Shown piece by piece: positions 56,996-64,000 of a DNA stretch of 64,000 nucleotides. The number at the start of each line of letters is the position of its first letter. The stretch's first letter is position 1. The translations under genes were made by a program, and so were the position numbers. The notes beneath the pieces are model-generated. The model did no database searches and was not told the origin of the DNA. It saw nothing but the letters and a program-made list of their open reading frames with translations. This stretch comes from Bdellovibrionales bacterium (GTDB taxonomy: Bacteria > Bdellovibrionota > Bdellovibrionia > Bdellovibrionales > UBA1609): NCBI GenBank assembly GCA_041690295.1, contig JAWLHR010000001.1, positions 128,001 to 192,000 on the forward strand, written 5' to 3'.

Positions 56996-57919
56996 ATGCT
57001 GTGGGATCGTTTAAACGTTTGGTGGGATCGGTTTTTGGTGCCGGTCGACGATCCGGGATCGCGGCTTTTCCATCTCAACATCGTCGTGAGCCTCCTTCTG
57101 GTCGCGCTTTGGCTTTTCTGGACATCACGCAAATCAATGTGGCCGGAGTTCATCCGCCTGGTCTTCAGGCGAAAATACTGGTGGAACCGAAGCACCAAGC
57201 TCGACTATCAAATTTATATTTTGAACGGAATTCTCAAAGTTCTTCTTTTGATCCCATTCTTGGATTTCAGCTTCGAGATCGCGCGAATGGTAGGGCACGG
57301 CTTGGTTTTCTTGAACGGCGGCGAGTTCATGGGACTCAAAGCCTCCACCACTCACCTTTTCGCGTTCACCGTCGTCGCTTTTGTATGGGATGACTTCTTG
57401 CGCTTCTTTCAGCACTTCATCATGCACCGGATTCCTTTTTTATGGCGTATCCATTCCGTTCATCACTCGGCACGCGTCCTGACGCCCGTCACTTTATATC
57501 GCAATCACCCGTTGGAATCGGCCATCGCGACCTTGCGCAACTCTTTGAGCCTCGGTGTGATGACCGGATTATTCCTTTTTCTCTTCGAGGCGCGCTTCAG
57601 CGTTGTGACTTTGTTTGGTGTGAATATTTTCGGTTTTTTATTTAATCTTCTCGGCGCGAACCTTCGTCACAGCCATGTCCCGATTTCGTTCGGCCCGTTC
57701 TTCGAAAAGATTTTTATCAGCCCCAAACAACATCAAATTCACCATTCATCCAACCCGGACCACTTCGACCGGAATCTAGGCGTTTCCTTGGCGATCTGGG
57801 ATCGCCTGTTCGGGAGCTTGATATTGTCACAAGAGGTCGACAAAGTCCGCGTCGGCCTTCCGGAAAGCCACCACCAAAGCTTGTTGGGCGAGATGACTTT
57901 ACGCCGGAAATCGAACTAG
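56996..57919 (+). CDS. Sterol desaturase/fatty-acid hydroxylase family membrane protein
   Basis: His boxes HFIMH, HSVHH, HSH, HQIHH; WDRLFG. Confidence 0.9.
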   Translation: MLWDRLNVWWDRFLVPVDDPGSRLFHLNIVVSLLLVALWLFWTSRKSMWPEFIRLVFRRKYWWNRSTKLDYQIYILNGILKVLLLIPFLDFSFEIARMVGHGLVFLNGGEFMGLKASTTHLFAFTVVAFVWDDFLRFFQHFIMHRIPFLWRIHSVHHSARVLTPVTLYRNHPLESAIATLRNSLSLGVMTGLFLFLFEARFSVVTLFGVNIFGFLFNLLGANLRHSHVPISFGPFFEKIFISPKQHQIHHSSNPDHFDRNLGVSLAIWDRLFGSLILSQEVDKVRVGLPESHHQSLLGEMTLRRKSN

Positions 57920-58497
57920 CTTAGGCGATCGTCACAGACAATCTGCCTGCCGTTCGGCTTCGCAGTCGAAAGGTCATCACCTCTGAAATCCCGCACGCGC
58001 ATTACCCGGGGCGAACTCAAATTGGAGTCGATCAGGAGTTCATACACTGTGATCATCGCCGGCGATTCATGTCGATCGATGTCGATAATCTTGAGAAGTG
58101 AGCCGTCATAGGAAATATTGATATCGATTTCTTCAAGGTCAGCGCCTTCGAAGCGAAATTCGCTCACTTGCAGAGGGTATTTGTCGGCTGGTATGGCTTG
58201 TCCCCTGGAAATGAGGCGCTCAAACTTCAGCGATTCCGCAATGAGCTCAATATACACGGAGTTATCAGCTTGGCGCCTGATATTTATGATGCATGAGCCC
58301 CCTTTTAATTCCGCATAGTCTTCTGAAGCATAGGTGATGGGAAGCGAGGCTTCCCGCTGCCAAGGACTTTCATCGGCACTCTGAATCTTCGATATCACCG
58401 CAGATTCGTGGTCCCCACCGGGTGAAATGCGTTCCGCACCGGCGTCCACGGTCGCCGATAGAACCGATAGTAAAGTGAACAGTTTAATCAATTTCAT
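57916..58497 (-). CDS. Secreted acidic hypothetical protein
   Basis: Signal peptide MKLIKLFTLLSVLSATVDA; fills gap between convergent operons. Confidence 0.6.
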   Translation of the reverse strand: MKLIKLFTLLSVLSATVDAGAERISPGGDHESAVISKIQSADESPWQREASLPITYASEDYAELKGGSCIINIRRQADNSVYIELIAESLKFERLISRGQAIPADKYPLQVSEFRFEGADLEEIDINISYDGSLLKIIDIDRHESPAMITVYELLIDSNLSSPRVMRVRDFRGDDLSTAKPNGRQIVCDDRLS

Positions 58498-58659
58498 TCT
58501 AACCTTCCCAGGCTCCGCCAGCACAAAATCTCCAAACCTTTGGATCCACTAAATTGCAATCGTGCCAAAGCGACCATCTTAAGTGCGGACCGGGTATATC
58601 TAATTTTGGGTGTAATGATTTTATACACAGTGACAAACCACGCGCTGAGATTACGGCAC

Positions 58660-59688
58660 TCACGCCGCCGCGGACTTGCGCGGATCGTAGGCTTCGCGAA
58701 TACCTTCACCGATGAAAGTGAGTGAAGTCAGAGTGATGATCATGGCCATGGATGGGAAAAACGCCAGCCACCAGGCCAAGGTGAAATAGTTTTGCGCCTG
58801 TTGGAGCAATTCACCCCAGCTCGGAGTGGGCGGCGGAAGTCCCATGCCCAAATAATCGAGAATGGCCAAAGTGATAATGTTGGTGGCGATCTCGGCCGGC
58901 GAGAATGTGATCAGCGGACCAAGACCGTTGGGAAGAATGTGGCGGAACAAAATTCGAAACACGCCAACACCCTGGGCTTTCGCCGCTTCCACGAACTCCC
59001 GCTTGCGCAGCTTTAAAAATTCCGCGCGCATATAAGTGGAAATCCGCATCCAACCCAGGAAAACCGAAAAGGCGATCAAAAGCCAAAGACTGGCTCCCAC
59101 AAACGCGATGAGGGTGAGTAGCATCAACAAATAAGGAAGCGAGTCAAAAACTTCCACCAACCGTTGGCCGAATAAGTCAACGCGACCGCCCCAATAGCCC
59201 ATGATCGCGCCAAGCGCGGTACCCAGGGCGAAAGCCAGCATCCAAACCGCCACGGCGAAACCCATTGAGTAACGAAAACCGTAAATCAATCGCGCCAGCA
59301 CATCCCGACCGCGGTCATCGGTGCCGAACCAATTCTCCGCGCTCGGCTTGCCCGGGTAAGTTTCCAGCTTTTCATTGGATTCATAGGGATTCCAGCGAAT
59401 CAGCGGCCAAAGGGCCCAGTTCCCCTCTTTTTCCAAATCCAATGCGCGATAGTTGGTGATAATACCTTCCTGACCGAATGTCGTCGGGTAGTAATTTTTA
59501 AGAACCGGAAAATAAATCGAACCCTCATATTTCATCACGAGGGGTTTATTGTTGGCCCAAATCTCCGCGGTCAGACTTATCGCCAGTAAAAAGGCCAAAA
59601 CCCAAACGGATCCCACCGCCCGGCGAAGTGATTTGAACCGGCGGTAGCGTTTAAGAGTCAGCTCGTTTTTAATCCGGCGCTCAATCAT
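58660..59688 (-). CDS. Peptide ABC permease (YejE/OppC-like)
   Basis: FGTDDRGRDV, EAAKAQG, HILPN, PSWGELL. Confidence 0.93.
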   Translation of the reverse strand: MIERRIKNELTLKRYRRFKSLRRAVGSVWVLAFLLAISLTAEIWANNKPLVMKYEGSIYFPVLKNYYPTTFGQEGIITNYRALDLEKEGNWALWPLIRWNPYESNEKLETYPGKPSAENWFGTDDRGRDVLARLIYGFRYSMGFAVAVWMLAFALGTALGAIMGYWGGRVDLFGQRLVEVFDSLPYLLMLLTLIAFVGASLWLLIAFSVFLGWMRISTYMRAEFLKLRKREFVEAAKAQGVGVFRILFRHILPNGLGPLITFSPAEIATNIITLAILDYLGMGLPPPTPSWGELLQQAQNYFTLAWWLAFFPSMAMIITLTSLTFIGEGIREAYDPRKSAAA

Positions 59689-60695
59689 TTGAAATCAATC
59701 CTCGGATCCACAAGCACGTACGTCAGGTCGGAGATCAACCGACCCACCATCGACAACACGCTCTGAATGAAAATCAGCGCCATGAGCACGTTGTAGTCGC
59801 GGGACAAAATGGATTTGTAACTCAGAAGTCCCATGCCATCGAGATTGAAAATCTGCTCAATGATGATCGAACCGGCGAAGAACAGAGTTAAGAAGCTGCC
59901 CAAGCCGGTGAGGATGGGAATCAACGCGTTCCGCAGGGCATGCTTGTAAATCACGGTTCTTTCATCCAATCCTTTGGCGCGAGCCGTACGTATGTAGTCC
60001 AGCTTCACTTCCTCAAGGAGCGAATTTTTCATCAAGAACGCGAGCACGGTGAAGCCGTTCACAACGTAACAGGTGAGCGGCATGATGAAATGTTTCACCC
60101 GATCGACGAATTTCTCCCACGGAGTCATTTCAAAATAGTTGTCCGAATAAAGATCGCCGAGCGGAAGAATATCAAGGAAGGTGCCGCCCGCCAGATAGGT
60201 GCGCATTAGAATACCCAAGATGAGCGGCGGGACGGAATACATCACCATCAGCACGACACTGGTCCACAAATCAAACTGCTGACCGTCACGCACGGCTTTC
60301 GCGATCCCCAGTGGAATACTTATGCAATAGATCAGGATCAGCGCGCTGACGCCGAACTGAAGTGAAACCGGAAGCTTTTCCAAAATCACATCGAGGACCG
60401 GCCGCTGATAGGTATAGCTTTCGCCGAAATCCAAAGTGACGATGTTCTTCAGCCAAATCAAATAGCGGATGTGAAGCGGTTTATCGAAACCATACTGCTT
60501 CTTGATGGACTCGATCACCTCATCCGATACGCCCATCGAAGTGTTGCCCCCGGCCGCGCCGGCGAAACGGATTTTTGACAAAGCCTGCTCCACCGGGCTT
60601 CCAGGCGCGAGATTGATAACAACGAAGCAAATAATGGTGATGCCGAACAGAGTCGGCAACATCCATGTAATTCGCTGAAGGGCGTATTTAAGCAT
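59685..60695 (-). CDS. Peptide ABC permease (YejB/OppB-like)
   Basis: DFGESY, TARAKGL, HALRNALIP, DPRI. Confidence 0.93.
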   Translation of the reverse strand: MLKYALQRITWMLPTLFGITIICFVVINLAPGSPVEQALSKIRFAGAAGGNTSMGVSDEVIESIKKQYGFDKPLHIRYLIWLKNIVTLDFGESYTYQRPVLDVILEKLPVSLQFGVSALILIYCISIPLGIAKAVRDGQQFDLWTSVVLMVMYSVPPLILGILMRTYLAGGTFLDILPLGDLYSDNYFEMTPWEKFVDRVKHFIMPLTCYVVNGFTVLAFLMKNSLLEEVKLDYIRTARAKGLDERTVIYKHALRNALIPILTGLGSFLTLFFAGSIIIEQIFNLDGMGLLSYKSILSRDYNVLMALIFIQSVLSMVGRLISDLTYVLVDPRIDFK

Positions 60696-60715
60696 TTTGA
60701 GCCAACGATCAAAAC

Positions 60716-62365
60716 CTACTTGGCCATATACCAGTACTGATAGCTCAGATCATAGGTATAGGTGGGCTTGTCAAAAGCCACGCGTTTGTTCAGCAGGTAA
60801 AGGTCGTACTTGGAGTTAAACAAGAACGCGTAAGGCGCGTCATTGGCGATCAAGCGAACCGCTTTTTGCCAAAGCACTTTACGTTTCTCCGGATTCAACT
60901 CCTCACGAGCCTGGTCGATCAACTTATCCACTTCCTTGTTACTGTAGGAAATGAAGTTGGAACCGCCCGTGCGCGCGCTCTCAGAGTGCCAAATCTGCTT
61001 GAGATCATCTTCCGGACTTCCACCCGCCCAGGACAGCGTGACGGCGTCGAATTTCTGCTCGTCAAGAAGCTTGGTGAAGGTGTTCCATTCGATGAGTTTG
61101 ATCTCCATGTCGATTCCGGCCTTTTTCAGGTCTTCCTTGTACATGGTGAACCACTTCTCAACGTCACGGTTGGGGAGCAGCAAAGTGAACTTGAACTCAC
61201 GCTTCTGACCGTCGATCGTGCGCTCCAGGATTCCGTTCTTGTCGGCGTCCTCCCAGCCGGCTTTCTTCAACAAGGCTTTGGCTTTGCCCGGATTGAACTC
61301 GACGGGCTTCACGTCAGCGGGCATGAACGGGCTTTTGTAATAAACCGGACCACGGCCTTCCACCGACTTATTGAACATGAATTTTTCGATCAACATTTTA
61401 CGGTTCAACAGGTGGGCCAAAGCCAAACGGGTATCCCGGTCTTTGAAAATCGGGTTCTTTTGGTTCCAGCCGATAAAGCCCCAGTTTTTGGGACGCTTGT
61501 TCTCAGCTTGAACTTTGCGGATTTTGGTGCCGAAGGGCTCGCCATTGGCCTTCTTTTCAAAGCTCTCGACTTGAATGGGCCACATCATATCGAGGTCGCC
61601 CTTCTTCACCATTTCCAACTCGAGGTTTTCTTCTTTCACGAAGCGGAAATTGATGAACTTGAATTTTCCAAGGGGCTTCATGTGGGGGAGATCTTTCGCC
61701 CACCAGTTCTCGTCTCGCTCCAAGATTATGTTTTTACCCCGGTTATAGGCCTGCACTTTATAGGGGCCTGATCCGAAAATCGGCGCTCCCGGGAATTTCT
61801 TTTTGGGGTCGCCGTAGATGTGCTTGGGAAGGATCGGAGTGAATCCGGAGGACGCCAAGACATCCAGGTTTTTGAAGTATTTCTTTTTCATTTTAATCCG
61901 CACGGTGTGCGGATCCGGAGTTTCAATGCTTTCCACGTCCTCATAGTAGGGAACACGGTGCGAAGCGCGGAACGCGGGATCACGCACGCATTCGATCGAG
62001 AATCTCACATCCTCCGAAGTCACCGGTTTGCCATCGGAGAATTTCGCGTTTTTATTCAAATAGAAGGTATAAGTTAACGCATCTTTGGAAACTTCATAAC
62101 TCTCAGCCAATTGAGGCTCATATTGGTTGGTGTCGGGGTTATGGTACAAAAGACCTTCAACAACATATTCATAGGCCAGACGTGCAGCGTACTCACCGCT
62201 ATTAATTGGATTGAACGAGTCCGGTTCCGCCGAGAGGTTACGATACAAGGTGCCTTCAACGGGAGCATCCGCTTTGCCCAATGGGTTAATTTTCAGTTTA
62301 GGTATGGCGGCACTGGCGTAACTCGCAGTCGCGATCAGAAAAGAAATGAAAACGGAACGAAACAT
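60716..62365 (-). CDS. Peptide ABC substrate-binding protein (family 5)
   Basis: LAESYEVS..YTFYL..FSDGKPVTSEDV, GSGPY, NFISYSN. Confidence 0.92.
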   Translation of the reverse strand: MFRSVFISFLIATASYASAAIPKLKINPLGKADAPVEGTLYRNLSAEPDSFNPINSGEYAARLAYEYVVEGLLYHNPDTNQYEPQLAESYEVSKDALTYTFYLNKNAKFSDGKPVTSEDVRFSIECVRDPAFRASHRVPYYEDVESIETPDPHTVRIKMKKKYFKNLDVLASSGFTPILPKHIYGDPKKKFPGAPIFGSGPYKVQAYNRGKNIILERDENWWAKDLPHMKPLGKFKFINFRFVKEENLELEMVKKGDLDMMWPIQVESFEKKANGEPFGTKIRKVQAENKRPKNWGFIGWNQKNPIFKDRDTRLALAHLLNRKMLIEKFMFNKSVEGRGPVYYKSPFMPADVKPVEFNPGKAKALLKKAGWEDADKNGILERTIDGQKREFKFTLLLPNRDVEKWFTMYKEDLKKAGIDMEIKLIEWNTFTKLLDEQKFDAVTLSWAGGSPEDDLKQIWHSESARTGGSNFISYSNKEVDKLIDQAREELNPEKRKVLWQKAVRLIANDAPYAFLFNSKYDLYLLNKRVAFDKPTYTYDLSYQYWYMAK

Positions 62366-62532
62366 TCGTCTTCTCCTGTTTTGTTGTTCGCTGCACTTTT
62401 CCAAAATTGAACGCAAGACACATGAAGCCTTGCGCTGGAAGCGTACAACTTTACCTAACTGATCCTTTTTAGCAACCGGAAATCTAGTAACGACTCCGAT
62501 GCTTTAGGCTTTAGGAGAAGACGAGATGTATT

Positions 62533-62913
62533 TTAGCGAGCGTACTTCTTACCTAGGCTTTCGCGAATTTCAGCACCTTCAATGCTGAGCCGCGTCCACG
62601 GTATTGCAAGCAGGCGATCGGGTTCGATGGGTTCTTCGGTTTCTTCGCAGATCCCATACATGCCTTTTTCGATGCGCGAGAGCGCTGACTCGATTTCCAT
62701 TAATTGTTTACGCAGGCGTTCATGCATGCTGAGGAATTCACTTTCGGCCAGGGCGCGGAGCGTTTGGTCGCCTTCATCACCGCCCTTGGCGTCTTCACTA
62801 TTATAAAGATCCGCTCTGGATTCCCGCACTCGATTCAGTATGTCGGCTTTGGCGGCGATCAATTTGGCTTTGCACTTCTCGATCAGATCGGCCGTTAATC
62901 CTGTCGATGACAT
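62533..62913 (-). CDS. DksA/TraR family transcription factor, single-Cys type
   Basis: DEGD coiled-coil tip; YGICEETEEPIEPDRLLAIPWTRLS. Confidence 0.88.
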   Translation of the reverse strand: MSSTGLTADLIEKCKAKLIAAKADILNRVRESRADLYNSEDAKGGDEGDQTLRALAESEFLSMHERLRKQLMEIESALSRIEKGMYGICEETEEPIEPDRLLAIPWTRLSIEGAEIRESLGKKYAR

Positions 62914-63153
62914 GGTAAATTCCCCCTGTTTTTACCCCTGCTCCAATTGGATAGTGCCAATTTGGAACTGAACTATTTACACATTAACCATGTCCTTTTT
63001 GCAAGAAAATTTCTTAAAGGGTCTTACAACTTCTGATGCTCCGTCCCACCCTTTAACTCCTCGTCCAAAGGACTGATGTCAATTGTACTTAATTGATGGC
63101 GCCAACTCCAAACTGGATATTGGTCCAGTCGCAATTCGAGACAAAGTCATCCG

Positions 63154-63630
63154 TCAAAAGGTGAAGGAATTAACGATCACCGGCTTCCAAACATAATTCT
63201 CATGAATCCAAGCTATGTTTCCGGCTTCGTCCTCGACTTTGATCCATTCCTCGGCCGTGTCCACGCGCTTGAATGGTGTATAGCGATCCACGGTCCGTAA
63301 ATGGGCGGGAGGTGACGAGCGGTTGGATGGTTGCTGGCGCAAGACCGCCACATTCACCTTCACCACCACACACCGGTCTTTCGTGTTCAAGTCGGAGAGC
63401 TGCGCCCAATGGATTTCGCCATCCAAATCCTGCAATTTGCCCCAGCCGTTTTTTTTCTCAAGAAGTAAAAAAGGCATGTATTTGGCCACCCGCCAGCTGA
63501 GCGGATGTTTGGTTCCCGGTCCTTTGCGCAAACTGATGTAACCTTTGGCGCAAACCGGTTGGGCCCAAGCTTGAACGGAGAACATAAACAAACAGCCGAA
63601 AATCAGGACCGGCGCCAACAGCTTCATCAC
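63154..63630 (-). CDS. Secreted tandem bacterial SH3 domain protein
   Basis: LRKGPG..W..W and LRQQP..W..AWIH; signal peptide. Confidence 0.85.
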   Translation of the reverse strand: MMKLLAPVLIFGCLFMFSVQAWAQPVCAKGYISLRKGPGTKHPLSWRVAKYMPFLLLEKKNGWGKLQDLDGEIHWAQLSDLNTKDRCVVVKVNVAVLRQQPSNRSSPPAHLRTVDRYTPFKRVDTAEEWIKVEDEAGNIAWIHENYVWKPVIVNSFTF

Positions 63631-64000
63631 AAATCCAATTCAATCATCACAGGCGAATGATCGCTTCCCGTTTGTTCATCAAAAATCCTGGCGGAACGAA
63701 GGTTTGGGGCCAGGTTCTTGGAAACGCAGATATGATCGATTCGCCATCCCTTGTTCGTGACACGCGCGTTTTCATAGTAGGCCCACCAGGTGTATCGCTC
63801 TTTCTCGTCGGGATAAAAATAACGATAGCTGTCGACGAAGCCGCTTTCCAGAAAGTTTTCCATCCAACGCCGTTCCTCAGGTAGAAAGCCGCTTTCTTTA
63901 CTCAGGGCGACCGGGTCGTAAACATCGATGTCCATGTAAGCCACATTGTAATCGCCCACCACGATGACCTTCTCGCCACTTCGCATTAATCGGATCACGT
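63627..64000 (-). CDS. xth: Exodeoxyribonuclease III (5' partial)
   Basis: GDYNVA, YTWW, GWRIDH, GSDHSP. Confidence 0.93.
   Translation of the reverse strand, partial: VIRLMRSGEKVIVVGDYNVAYMDIDVYDPVALSKESGFLPEERRWMENFLESGFVDSYRYFYPDEKERYTWWAYYENARVTNKGWRIDHICVSKNLAPNLRSARIFDEQTGSDHSPVMIELDL

Noticed and set aside
58552..58569. TTGGCACGATTGC on the minus strand (also TTGGCAC at 62954-62960) as sigma54 promoters
   Set aside because: GG-to-GC spacing is not the obligatory N10
1..64000. CRISPR arrays, tRNA/rRNA, IS/integrase, prophage or defence genes
   Set aside because: No repeat-spacer periodicity, cloverleaf motifs or transposase/phage motifs seen; intergenic gaps are mostly too short

Overview
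A gene-dense, mostly housekeeping chromosomal segment. Gene content (FHA/TPR membrane cluster after DUF192, CFI-box-CTERM protein, many Cys-rich secreted orphans, REC-GGDEF) suggests a predatory Bdellovibrionota-like bacterium; this is an inference. About 64 CDS. Core genes: lipA-E2-lpdA-lipB, an AceE-type E1, pssA-asd, truA-rplM-rpsI, trxB, trmB, ggt, ptrB, leuS, speA plus a deoxyhypusine-synthase-like gene, a split peptide ABC system, a DksA-like gene and partial xth. I saw no rRNA, tRNA, CRISPR array or mobile element. Most notable: (1) a five-gene iron operon behind a Fur-box-like palindrome (FutA-like SBP, TonB, HxxE-less imelysin lipoprotein, TonB-dependent receptor, sterol-desaturase-family membrane protein) with no permease or ATPase; (2) three membrane-anchored FHA proteins followed by a catalytically degenerate PP2C-like protein; (3) a CFI-box-CTERM surface protein coupled to a beta-barrel; (4) secreted Cys-rich candidate peptidoglycan enzymes and a signal-peptide-bearing methyltransferase behind a sigma54-like promoter; (5) two recurring intergenic motifs, GYGCCAA-N5-AACTG and GTCTCA-N3-TGAGAC. 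All family calls come from reading motifs by eye; no database search was run.
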